DNA from: Heterodontus francisci
Lineage: Eukaryota
Reading direction: 5' to 3'
Length of the DNA: 64,000 nt
Assembly: GCF_036365525.1 (NCBI RefSeq)
Contig: NW_027140807.1
Span: 1,426,001-1,490,000 of the forward strand
The notes under the pieces are model-generated. The model was not told the origin of the DNA and ran no database searches. It saw only the letters and a list, made by a program, of their open reading frames with translations. Below, piece by piece: positions 49,345-61,048 of the stretch. Positions within the stretch are counted from its first letter, which is position 1. The number at the start of each line of letters is the position of its first letter. The position numbers and the translations under genes were made by a program.

Positions 49345-49686
49345 TTTAGTTTAGAGATACAGCTCTGAAACAGGCCCTTCGGCCCACCGAGTCTGTGCCG
49401 ACCATCAACCACCATTTATATACTAATCCTACACTAATTCCATATTCCTACCACATCCCCACCTGTCCCTATATTTCCCGACCACCTACGTATACTAGGG
49501 ACAATTTATAATGGCCAATTTACCTATCAACCTGCAAGTCTTTGGCATGTCGGGGGAAACCGGAGCACCCAGAGGAAACCCACGCAGACACAGGGAAAAC
49601 TTGCAAACTCCACACAGGCAGAATTGAACCCGGGTCGCTGGAGATGTGAGGCTGCGGTGCTAACCACTGCGCCACTGTGCCACCCA
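49345..49686 (-). mobile_element. HE1-like V-SINE (tRNA head, V-domain, CR1-derived tail)
   Basis: A box TGGCGCAGTGG, B box GGTTCAATTC, V-domain GTGTGGAGTTTGCAAGTT..GCGTGGGTTTCCTC, tail GGGCCGAAGGGCCTGTTTC and (CTAAA)n. Confidence 0.88.
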
Positions 49687-50057
49687 CATATTTTCAAACT
49701 GCAGGGACGTCCCCAGCAAGGGCAAGAATTGCAGGTTCAAAATTAACCAATAAATGGACGAAACCATTTCTGTCCAAGGAGAGAGAGAGGGAGAGATGGT
49801 GTGAGAGAGGCACAGGCACAGTCATGGACTGCGGCGGGGAAAGAGGGAGAAGGAGATCGAGGGAGAGAGAGAAAGAGATGGAGAGAGACAGACATGAGAG
49901 GCAGAGACAAATAGAGGATGAGACAAGATGTAACAGTCAGTAACAATCCTCATTATCTGCCCAGTCCTGTGTTGGGAGTTTAGTGTGAATGTTTTACGCG
50001 TGAGTGTTGGATCAGTGTTTGATATTTTCACACTGCAGTGACCTTCCCAACAAGGCA

Positions 50058-50660
50058 GGTATAGAATAGAAGAGCTTGGAGGTTATGCTGAAACTGCATA
50101 ACCCATTGGTTAGACCACAACTCGAGTACTGTGTGCAGTTCTGGTCACATCGTTACAGAAAGGATGCAATTGCACTGGAGAGGGTACAGAGGAGATTTAC
50201 GAGGATGTTGCCAGAACTGGAAAATGCAGCTATGAGGGAAGATTGGATCGGCTGTGGCTGTTCTCCTTGGCACAGAGAAGGCTGACGGGAGATCTGACTG
50301 AAATGTGAAGGGCTTGGATAGAGTGGAAGTGAAGGGTCGATTCACCTTAGTAGAGAGCTCAGCGATGAAGGGGCATAGACTTAAAGTGATTGGTAGAAAG
50401 ATTAGAAGGGAGATGAGGAAAATATTTTTCACTCAGAGGGTGGTGAGGGTCTGGAACAGATGGCCTGAAAGGGGAGTTGAGGCGGAAAACCTCAAGTCAT
50501 TCAAAAGGAGTCTGGATATGCACCTCAAGTGCCTGAATCTACAGGGCTACGGAACAAAGGGTGGCAGGTGGGATTAGAGTAGGAAGATCGTTATTTGTCT
50601 GGCACAGATACGATGAGACAAGTGGCCTCTTTCTGTGCCTTAAAATTTCTGTGATTCTAA
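50058..50660 (+). mobile_element. CR1 3' fragment
   Basis: LVRPQLEYCVQFWS..FFTQRVVRVWN. Confidence 0.88.
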
Positions 50661-50719
50661 AGGAAAGAGTTACTGGTTCTAAATTAACAAAGACATGTCT
50701 GAAAGCATTGCTGTCCTGG

Positions 50720-51550
50720 GACAGAGAGAGGAAGGGAGAGATGAAAAGAGAGAGAGAGCGAGAGAGAGGCAGAGAAATAGGGGGAAGGGAGAGACAGAGA
50801 GAGAGGGAGAGACAGAGAGAGAGGGAAGAAACAGACCGAGAGACAGGGGGGAGACAGAGACAGAGCGAGAAAGAGAAACAGAGACAGAGAAGGAGGGAGA
50901 GACAGAAGCAGTGGAAATCGAGACAGGGAAGACAGAGACAGCGAGGGAGATAAAGAAAGACCGAAAGGGAGCGGCACAGAGAGAGAGGGAGGGAGAGGGG
51001 GAGGGGCAGAGGGAGAGGGAAAGACAGACGGAGGGACAGACAGAGAGGGGAGACAGAGAAGGTGGGAGAGACAGAAACAGGGGAGATAGAGACAAGGGAG
51101 ACAGAGGGGAGGGAAATTCAGACAGAGAGGGAGTGGCAGAGAGAGGGATAGAGCGGTAGAGGGAGAGAGGGAGGGACAGAGGGAGAGGGAAAGACAGACA
51201 GAGGGACAGATGCAGACGGAGAGACAGAGACAGAGAGAACGATTGGGAGAGACAGAGATTGGGGGAGACAGGGTAGAGGGAGAGACCGAGACAAAGAGAA
51301 AGATGGGAGAGATAGGGATTGGCAGAGAGAGGGAGAGTGAAAGCAGGAGAGACCAAGAGAGAGCGAGGCAGAGCGGGAGAGACAGAGGGAGGTACAGAGG
51401 GAGGGACAGAGGGAGAGACAGACAGAGAGACAGAGAGAGAGACAGAGAGAGACGGGGAGACCGAGAGAGAGAGAGACAGGGCAAAGAGAGAGAGAGAGGG
51501 AGTAAGAGAGTAAAGATAGAAAAATAGAGAGAGACAGAGATAGAGAGTGG
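50720..51550 (+). repeat. GA-rich low complexity tract
   Basis: Direct inspection. Confidence 0.9.
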
Positions 51551-51554
51551 GCAG

Positions 51555-52950
51555 ACTACCAGAGCAACTTTAGGTCAGTTATTTTAACTTTGGTGGTAGA
51601 AAATATCCAGAAAAAATAATTCGGATCACCATCAATAGTCACATGGATAAATGTGAGTTAATTCAGGAAAGGCAGTATGGATTTCATAAGGGAAAATCAT
51701 GTTTAACAAACTGGCTGGAGTTTTTTGAGGAGGTAACTGAGAGGGTTGATGAGGGCAATGTTGTTGATGTGGTGAACATGGATTTTCAAAAGGCGTTTGA
51801 TACAGTGCCACACAACAGACGTGTGAGCAAACTTGTAGCTCATAGAATAAATACTACGGTAGCAACATGGATACGGAATTGGCTGAGTGGCAGGAAACAA
51901 AGAGTTGTGATTAATGGATGTTTTTCAGGCTGAATGAAGTTTTGTAGTGGAGTTCCCCAGGGGTCAGGGTTGGGACCCTTGAGTTTCTTCATATGTATAT
52001 TAATGACCGAGACCTCGGTGTACAGGGCACAATTTCAAAGTTTGCAGATGATACGAAACTTGGAAGCATTGTGAACTGTGAGGACGATAGTGACGAATTT
52101 CAAAAAGACATAGACAAGTTGGTGGAATGGGCAGGCAGGTGGCAGATAACGTTCAATGCATAGAAATGTGAAGTGATTCATTTTGGTAGGAAGAACATGG
52201 AGTGACAATATAGAATAAAGGGAACAATTCCAAAGTGGGAGCAGGAGCAGAGGGACCTGGGTGTAAATGTACAGAAGTCATTGAAAGTGGCAGTCAGGTT
52301 GAGAGAGTGGTTAATAAAGCATACAGTATCCTGGGATTTATTAATAGGGGCACAGAGTACAAGAGCAAGGAGGTTATGTAGAACTTGTATTAGACACTAG
52401 TTCATCCTCAGCACGAGTATTGCGTCCATTTCTGAGAGCCACACTTTAGGAAAGATGTGAGGGCATTGGACAGAGTACAGAAGAGATTCACGAGAATGGT
52501 TCCAGGGATGAGGAATTTCAGTTATGAAGATAGATTGGAGAAGTTAGGACTGTTTTCCTTGGAGAAGAGAAGGCTGAGAGGTGATTTGATAGAAGTATTC
52601 AACATCATGAGGGATCTGGACAGAGCAGATAGGGAGAAACTGTTCCCACTTGTGAAAGGATCGAGAACGAGATGACACAGACAGAAAATATTTGGTCAGA
52701 GAAGCAAAAGTGACATGGGGAAAATCTTTTTCATGCAGTGTGTGGTTAATGTCTGGAATGCGCTGCCTGAGAACGTGGTGGAGGCAGGTTCAATTGAAGC
52801 ATTCAAAAGGGAATTAGACAGTGATATGAAAAGGAAGAATGTGCAGGGTTATGAAGAGAAGGCAGGGTAATGGAACTGAGAGAATTGCACTCTCGGAAAT
52901 CCAGTGCAGACAAGATGGCCCGAATGGCCTCCTTAAGCACTGCAACAACT
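51555..52950 (+). mobile_element. Degenerate CR1 LINE
   Basis: GKSCLTNWLEFFEEV, DFQKAFDTVPH, FADDTK, LEKRRLRGDLIEV; stops. Confidence 0.9.
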
Positions 52951-53399
52951 CTGATACAGAGGCAGAGAAAGAGAGAAGGGGAGAGACAGAGAGAGAGAGG
53001 CAGAGGGAGAGAGAGCATGTGAGAGAGACAGAGACAGAGAAGGTGAAACAGAGAGAGGGGCAGGCAGTGGCAAAGTNNNNNNNNNNNNNNNNNNNNNNNN
53101 NNNNNNNNNNNNNNNNNNNNNNNNNNNNNNNNNNNNNNNNNNNNNNNNNNNNNNNNNNNNNNNNNNNNNNNNNNNNNNNNNNNNNNNNNNNNNNNNNNNN
53201 NNNNNNNNNNNNNNNNNNNNNNNNAGGAGACAGCGTGGGAGGGAGAGATGATGTGAGAGAAAAACAGAGTAAAGTATTCAGACAGAATAAGAGTGACAGA
53301 GAGAGGGAGAGACAGTGACAAGGAAAGGGTCAAAGAGAGACAGAGACAGAAAGAGAGAAGGAGAGGCACAGAAAGGGAGAGCGAGAAAGAGAGAGAGAT

Positions 53400-55545
53400 A
53401 TCACACGGTGGAGATACAATAATAAGAGAACCACACAGAGACACTCCCTGCGGAGATACTATAATAACAGACCCACTCAGTCACTCTCCTTTGTGGAGAT
53501 GCTATGATAACAGACCCACTCAGTAGCTCTCCCAGTGGAGATACTATAATAACAGACACACTCACAGACTCTCTCTCTAACGATACTATAATAACAGACT
53601 CACTCGGTGACTCTCCCTGTCGAGATACTATGATTACAGACGCACTCAGTGAATCTCCCTGTGGAGATACTGCAATTTCAGATCTACTCACTGACTCTCC
53701 TTGTGGTGATAGTTTAAGAACAGACCCACTCAATGATTGTCCCAGTTGAGATACGATATTTACAGACCCACTCAGTAACTCTCCCTGTGGAGATACGATA
53801 ATAACAGACCAACTCAGTGACACTCCTTGTGGAGATACTATAATAACAGTGCAACTCAGTGACTCTCCTTGTGGATATACTATAATAACAGACCCACTCA
53901 GTGACTCTCCCTGTGGAGATAGTGTAATAACAGACCCACTCAGTGACTCTCCCTGTGGACATGCGACAGCAACAGACCCACTCAATGATTGTCCCAATTG
54001 AGATACTATAATTGCAGACCGACACAGTGACTCCCCTCGTGGAGATGCAATAATAACAGACCCACTCAGTGACTCTCCCTGTGGAGATACTATAATAACA
54101 GACCCACTCAGTGACTCTCTCTGTGGAGATACTATAATAACAGACCGACTCAGTGATTCTCCCTGTGGAGATACTATAATAACAGACCCAATCAGTGACT
54201 CTCCCTGTGGAGATACTATAATAACTGACCGACTCAGTGACTCTCCCTGTGCAGAGACTGCAATAACAGACATAATCATTAACTCTCCCTGTGGAGATAC
54301 TGTAATACCAGAGACACTCAGTGACACTCCCACTGGAGATACCATAATAACAGACACACTCAGTTTCTCTCCCTGTGGAGATACTATAATAACAGACACA
54401 CTCAGTTTCTCTCCCTGTGGAGATACTATAATAACAGACCCACTCAATGACTCTCCGTGAGGAGGTACTATAATAAGAGACACCATCATACACTCTCCCT
54501 GTGGAGATACTATAATAACAGACCCACTCAGTGACTCTCCCTGTGGAGATACTATAATAACAGACACACTCAGTTTCTCTCCCTGTGGAGATACTATAAT
54601 AACAGACCCACTCAATGACTCTCCGCGAGGAGGTACTATAATAAGAGACACAATCATACACTCTCCCTGTGGAGATACTATAATAACAGATCCACTCAGA
54701 AACACTCCCTGTGGAGATACTATAATAACAGACCAACTCAGTGACTCTCCCTGCGGAGATTCTATAATAACAGACACAATAATTCAGTCTCCCTGTGGAG
54801 ATACTATAATACCAGAGAGACTCAGTGACTCTCCCTGTGTAGATAATACAAAAACAGACCCACTCAGTGGCTCCCCCTGTGCAGATGCTAAAGAAACAGA
54901 TTCACACAGTGACTCTCCCTGTGGAGATACTACAACAACAGAGACACTTACTGACTCTCCCACTTGAGATACTATAATAACAGACATAATCATTCACCAT
55001 CCCTGCGGAGATACTATAATAACAGCCGCACTCAGAGACTCTCCCTCAGGAGATACTATAATAACAGACCAACTCAGTGACCCTCCTTGTGGAGATATTA
55101 TAATAACAGACCCACTCAGTGACTCTCACTGTGGAGACACTGTAATTTCAGATCCACTCACTGACACTGCCTGTGGTGATAGTATAAGAACAGACCCACT
55201 CAATGAATGTCCCAGTTGAGATACTATAATTACAGAGAGACACAGTGACTCTCCCTGTGGAGATGCAATAATAACAGACACAATCATTCACTCTCCCTGT
55301 GGAGATGCAATAATAACAGACCCACAAAGTGACTCTCACTGTGGAAATACTATAATAACATACCCACTCAGTGACTCTCCTTGTGGAGATACTATAACAA
55401 CAGACGCACTCAGTGACTCTCCCTTTGGAGATACACTAATAACAGACCGACTCCACTGGGAGATTCACTGAGTGGGTCTGTTATTATAATATCTCCACAG
55501 GGAGAGTCACTGAGTGGGTCTGTTATTATAGTATCTGCACGGGGT
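53400..55545. repeat. 42-bp tandem array (GACCCACTCAGTGACTCTCCCTGTGGAGATACTATAATAACA), about 50 units, last two inverted
   Basis: Direct inspection; inversion junction at about 55456. Confidence 0.95.
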
Positions 55546-55554
55546 GCAGATACT

Positions 55555-56010
55555 CTGTAAACTCCCACCCTGACCTCTCTGTCCTCGACCTCCTTCTCTG
55601 CTCCAATGAAGCTCAACAGAAACTCGAAGAACAGCACCTCATCTTTCAATTGGGCACTTTACAGCTTTCTGAACTCAACAGCTAGTTTAACAATTTCTGA
55701 TCATAACCACTGCTCCGGTTTATTTGGACAGAGGCTTGTTGGTAATGATTGTGTTTCTGCCAGTTCTGCCTCTTCTAGACCCATCTTTTGTTCTTTACTT
55801 GACCCATTAACTTCCCCTTTGTCTTGCACCAGCCTCAGTTTTGTTATTCAATCTATTTTGCATTTCTCCCATTCCCCGTCTCTCTGACTTTGTGCTGCTT
55901 AAAAGTTAATAGATCTGTAAATCCTTCCAGTTCTGCTGAAAGATCTACGACCTGATATGCTAATATTTTTTCTCCCTCCACAGAGGCTGTCTGATCTGAT
56001 TAACATTTCC
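55555..56010 (+). mobile_element. Penelope-like (GIY-YIG) element 3' fragment
   Basis: Encodes CSNEAQQKLEEQHLIFQLGTLQ, resembling the GIY-YIG C-terminus; a related N-terminal piece (QDPKLSFQVKQRFT) lies at 16585-16640. Confidence 0.6.
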
Positions 56011-56225
56011 ATCCTTATTTATTTATAACCCAGAAATGCAACGAGCACCAATATAGTGACAGAGCACCCAGAACCGAAACCATCCAGCATCTGCGGTACC
56101 TTGTGTTCAGTTCACCAGTCTGTAACAGGGATGTAGTTATTTAATTATCAGGAGCGGTTCATAGACAAGTTTCAAAGTCCCTATTGAAACATCATCAATA
56201 ATCTGATCCTTATCACGGTCCAACA

Positions 56226-56240
56226 CCGCCCTCTGCTGTC
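56226..56240 (-). promoter_or_regulatory. CTCF-like motif downstream of the V5 RSS (paralogous site at about 58777-58791)
   Basis: Minus strand GACAGCAGAGGGCGG; paralogue GACAGCAGAGGGGGA. Confidence 0.45.
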
Positions 56241-57472
56241 ACTGTGGAGAAAGACAACACTGTCAGTGAATAAACCACAACAGTGTCTGTATATCTATTT
56301 ACCTATCTATCNNNNNNNNNNNNNNNNNNNNNNNNNNNNNNNNNNNNNNNNNNNNNNNNNNNNNNNNNNNNNNNNNNNNNNNNNNNNNNNNNNNNNNNNN
56401 NNNNNNNNNNNNNNNNNNNNNNNNNNNNNNNNNNNNNNNNNNNNNNNNNNNNNNNNNNNNNNNNNNNNNNNNNNNNNNNNNNNNNNNNNNNNNNNNNNNN
56501 NNNNNNNNNNNNNNNNNNNNNNNNNNNNNNNNNNNNNNNNNNNNNNNNNNNNNNNNNNNNNNNNNNNNNNNNNNNNNNNNNNNNNNNNNNNNNNNNNNNN
56601 NNNNNNNNNNNNNNNNNNNNNNNNNNNNNNNNNNNNNNNNNNNNNNNNNNNNNNNNNNNNNNNNNNNNNNNNNNNNNNNNNNNNNNNNNNNNNNNNNNNN
56701 NNNNNNNNNNNNNNNNNNNNNNNNNNNNNNNNNNNNNNNNNNNNNNNNNNNNNNNNNNNNNNNNNNNNNNNNNNNNNNNNNNNNNNNNNNNNNNNNNNNN
56801 NNNNNNNNNNNNNNNNNNNNNNNNNNNNNNNNNNNNNNNNNNNNNNNNNNNNNNNNNNNNNNNNNNNNNNNNNNNNNNNNNNNNNNNTATCTNNNNNNNN
56901 NNNNNNNNNNNNNNNNNNNNNNNNNNNNNNNNNNNNNNNNNNNNNNNNNNNNNNNNNNNNNNNNNNNNNNNNNNNNNNNNNNNNNNNNNNNNNNNNNNNN
57001 NNNNNNNNNNNNNNNNNNNNNNNNNNNNNNNNNNNNNNNNNNNNNNNNNNNNNNNNNNNNNNNNNNNNNNNNNNNNNNNNNNNNNNNNNNNNNNNNNNNN
57101 NNNNNNNNNNNNNNNNNNNNNNNNNNNNNNNNNNNNNNNNNNNNNNNNNNNNNNNNNNNNNNNNNNNNNNNNNNNNNNNNNNNNNNNNNNNNNNNCATTA
57201 AACCCTTTCAGAATCTCTCTAAGAACACTAAAGGTTTATCCTTCAGTCTTCTCTTTTCTGGTTCAGACTACTTTGATCGCTATAACTTCTCAGTATCGGT
57301 ATCATTCCTCGAAATTCTATCTCGCAATTTTCCACTGTCTCGAAATCTAATCTCTTTCTATCTAAATCCGCCCTGTCTTCTTGTGAAAAACATGTTCCCA
57401 ATGACAAAAACACCCAGCAGGATGCAGCACCGTCTGGGTTTATCTGAAACAGGTGTTTCCTGTTGCCTTTGG

Positions 57473-57511
57473 GGTTTTTGTTGAACTGCTCCATCTCTCT
57501 GAGTCACTGTG
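57473..57511 (-). other. 23-RSS of V5
   Basis: CACAGTG (57505-57511), 23 nt, ACAAAAACC (57473-57481): consensus heptamer and nonamer. Confidence 0.96.
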
Positions 57512-57960
57512 AGGACTCCAGGCACAGAAATACACGGCCGAGTGATTCTCCCGCAGGCTGGAGGACTCAAGGTTGAACTGGGTGTCAGTTGGTCTCTCGG
57601 CGGTGAAACCGCCCACCGTCCCCTCTGGATCTACATAGTTAGCAGTACTGGAGTAAAACATCAACAGCGGCTCCTTCCCCGGGTATTGTCTGTACCAGTA
57701 CATTCTAGCAGTACTGGTGCCCTCCAATGTGCACCTCAGTTCCACTGCCTCTCCACGCAATCTGGAGACAGCGGCGGGAGTCTGGTGGATCGTCTGTGAG
57801 TTCACATCTGGGAGAGGGAGAGAAGAGCAGATCAGTAAACAGGAAACTTCTGGGAATGAAAGGGAGACAGGGAGAAGAGAGGAAAGTTATTAACGATAGT
57901 TTTTGCATTTCACACTCACTTACAATGAAACAGGATTATCAGACCCAGTAACAGATTCAT
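57512..57960 (-). CDS. TRBV: TCR beta V gene segment V5, TRBV30-like CAWS family (leader 57924-57960, V exon 57512-57807)
   Basis: MNLLLGLIILFH with GTAAGT donor; CTCCCAG acceptor; VNSQTIHQTP..CTLEGTS..WYRQ..NHSAVYFCAWSP. Confidence 0.93.
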
Positions 57961-58144
57961 CTTTCACTACAACTTGTTCTCTTAATAGACACAGGAGTGA
58001 GATCAGGAGCTTCGAGTCTTGTAACGGTCCAAATCCACTCTTTTCAAATCATTGGGAGGAACATGAAGAGCATTAGGATGTGATACAATGTTGGAGACGC
58101 CCATTCACCCAGTTCAACAAATCAGAATTGAATTGGCTGCCATT

Positions 58145-58660
58145 CTGCTTCTCTCTCTCTCTATCTATCTCTATCTCAGTTTACCTTCCGCTCTCTTGCA
58201 CTCTCTCTCTGTCTCTCTCTCTCTCTCCCCTCATGTGTCTAGGTTTATGTCTCTCACTCTCTTCCTTTCTCAGACTCTCTCTCCCTCTCTAACTCAGTCT
58301 ATCTTCACTCACTTTCTCTCTCTGACTCTCTGTCTCCTCATGTATCTAAGGTTATGTCACCCATTCCCTCCTTCTCTCTCTCTCCCTCTCTCTTACTCTT
58401 CTTATCTCTTCAGTTTTTTTCCCTCTCTCTGTCTCTCTCTAGATCTATCTCCCTATCTGTCGCAGGTTCTTTATCTCAGTCACTCTTTCTCTCTCAGTGT
58501 CTTTCTCTCTCTCATTATGTGTCTCTTGCTGTCTCACTGTCTTTGCCTCTATCTCCGTCTCCCTCTCTGTCTCAGTCTCTTTAACTCTACCTGTCGTTTT
58601 TCCTCTCTCTCACTAGATCTCTCTCTCACACACACATACACTCTCTTTCTCTCTCTAACG
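58145..58660. repeat. CT-rich low complexity tract
   Basis: Direct inspection. Confidence 0.85.
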
Positions 58661-59051
58661 AAGTGGGTGTCCTTGTCCTGTTGATGTGTATCAAGCTGGA
58701 TCTACATGATCTCCTGCTCTTTCAGTTTTCTCACTAAATCCTTCTCAAAGCCATTGTCCGGTCCATGGTGCTGGATCCCCCTCTGCTGTCCCTGTGGAGA
58801 AGGTAAACACAGGGCCAGTGCATAAAAACCCAGATTATTGTCATTGATTCCTGATAGTTACATTCTGAAATCTCGTGACATCTTTATTAATCGTTCATTG
58901 CACCCTCGGCAGTACCTGTAAATCTAGTGTGTCACTACAATCATAACTCAACTCTTTTTATTGCAATAAACACTGTCACTCTGAATAAGGGAACAGTAGG
59001 TCAAGGTACCGAGCAATTTTATCTGAAACAGGTGTTTCCTGCTGCCTTTGT

Positions 59052-59160
59052 TTTTTTTGTTGAACTGCTCCATCTCTCTGAGTCACTGTGATCTCTCCAG
59101 GCACAGAAATACACGGCCGAGTGATTCTCCCGCAGGCTGGAGGTCTCCAGTTTGAAGTTG
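59052..59160 (-). pseudogene. 5'-truncated V5-family relic retaining a 23-RSS
   Basis: NFKLETSSLRENHSAVYFCAWRD (59091-59160); CACAGTG 59084-59090, 23 nt, ACAAAAAAA; CR1 sequence follows on its 5' side. Confidence 0.88.
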
Positions 59161-59169
59161 TATTTATTT

Positions 59170-60135
59170 AGTCTTTGGGAGTAGATAGAGAGAAACTATA
59201 ACCGCTGGTTTGGGAATCTAGGACTAAGAGGCAAAGACTAAAAATTAGAGCCAGACCTTTCAGGAGTGAAATTAGGAAACACTTTTACACACAATGGGTG
59301 GAGAGGTTTGAACTCTCTTCTGCTCACGGAAATTGATGCTGAATCAATTGTTAATTTGAAATCGGAGATGAATAGGTTTTTGTGATCCAAAATATATTCA
59401 GGGATATGGGGCAAAGGCGGGAATATGGAGTTAGATCACAGATCAGCCATGATCTCATTGAATGGTGGTACAGATTTGAGGGGCTGAATGGCCTCTTCCT
59501 TTCCCTGTCTTTGTCTCAGCAGTTTCTGCTGACAGTGAATTCTGTATTTTGGGTAAAGAATTCTCGTGAATTCCCCACCAGATTTCAGTTTATCGCAGCT
59601 TTTATTCTCTGTTTTATTCCTATCCACTTCGTCCCCTAGTCTTTGTACAATCAGCTAATGGGAACAGTTTTTCTTTGTCTACTTTATCTAAACCTCTCTT
59701 CATTTTGTACACTTCTATCAAATCTCCCCTCAATCTCCTTTGCTCCAAGGAGAACAACCCCAGCTTCACCAACCTAACCATGCAGCTAAACTCTCTCATC
59801 CCTGGAACCATTCCAGTAAATCTCCTCTGCACCCTCTCAAGGACCCTACATCCTTCCTCAAGTGTGGTGACCAGAACCGGGCTCAGTACACAAGTTGGGG
59901 CCCAACCAGAACCTCATATATGTTGAGCATACCCTCCCTGCTTTTGTACTTTATACCTCTATTCATGAATCCCAAGATCCCATAAGCTTTGCGAACCTCT
60001 CTCTCAATATGTCCTGCCAACTTCAAAGATCTATGCACATTAAGCCCCAGGTCCCTCTGTCCTTGAACACTCTTCAGGCCTGTGTCATTAAGTCAGTATT
60101 TCCTCTCTGTCTCCCTTCTGCCAAAATGCATCACC
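59170..60135. mobile_element. Two CR1 fragments (plus 59170-59500; minus 59620-60135)
   Basis: QRRFTGMVPG..LEQRRLRGDLIEVYK; tail motifs. Confidence 0.8.
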
Positions 60136-60774
60136 TGATAGCAATGTAGTTCACTGTTAACTGCCTCTGAAATGGACTAGCAAGTCATTCAGTTAAGGGA
60201 AATTCAGCATAGGTAATGAATTCTTGCCTTGTCAGTGATGTGCGCATCCCTGAATATGTGTTTTTATATGAAATGTCTCCTTCTTCATTTTTCTTTCACT
60301 GTTTTCTCACTTTGCTTCCCCTCTTTACTTCCTTCAGATCATCTGTTTTTGTATATCACAAGTGTTGGTCAAACCAGTGACTATGAACGAGCAGACTTGG
60401 GGAAATCCAGTTGTCTATTTTGTGTGGAATGGTTATGATTTTAATCTGTTTCAGAGTTAGTGGAATTGACTATTAGGTAGATGGGTCAAGTCACTGCTGC
60501 ATTGCTCAGTCAGTCTTGACAGAAGCAAGTTGGACTCAGGCTGTGGTGGAGCTCCATCCCCACCTCGTGGCTGTCATGTGTAACTACAGGTACCTGTGAT
60601 TTGCAAAGTGCAATTGATAAAATAGGCATTATGAAGACATGCTTTGAAATTGCTCCGTCTTCCCATTTTTTATCCATTGCTTCGGCTGGTGACGCTGGTG
60701 ACATCGAATTAGATAGAAGATGCAGCATGGATTCAGGCTATTCGGCCCGATGGGACCATGTTCCAGACTAGCCT

Positions 60775-61048
60775 GGGGCAGATGGTGGTGTACTTGTCAT
60801 GTCACTGAGCTGGTAATCCAGAGAATGGGGCTAATCTCCAGGGGACATGCGTTCGAATCCCACCAGGTCAGATGGTGGAATTTAAATTCAATTAATGAAT
60901 AAATATAATTATTTCATCAGAAAATCTGCAATTGAAAGCTAGTCTCAGTTAAGGGGCCCTGTCACCCAGCTGGCTCACTCATGTCTTTTAGGGAAGGGAA
61001 TCCGCCTTCCTTACCTGGTCTGGTCTACATGTGACTCCAGACCCACAG
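60775..61048 (+). mobile_element. tRNA-derived SINE, 5' part
   Basis: B box GTTCGAATCCC; body TTTAGGGAAGG..CCTTACCTGGTCTGG..GACTCCAGACCCACAG. Confidence 0.65.

Noticed and set aside
49600-49686. tRNA gene
   Set aside because: It is the tRNA-derived head of a V-SINE; the same applies to 60775-60870 and 47990-48088
53401-54777. 458-aa repeat ORF as a gene; CACAGGG/CACAGTG in units as RSSs; array as CRISPR
   Set aside because: The unit length is a multiple of 3 with no stop in the consensus; no nonamer at 12 or 23 nt; no unique spacers and a eukaryotic context
56208-56280. CACTGTG at 56240 as a J-segment RSS
   Set aside because: No nonamer at the correct spacing and no FGxG or splice donor downstream
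56312-57195. ORFs spanning N runs (also 4048-4186, 7064-7261, 53077-53224)
   Set aside because: Unknown bases, mostly within TATC-type simple repeats; masked or gapped sequence that cannot be interpreted
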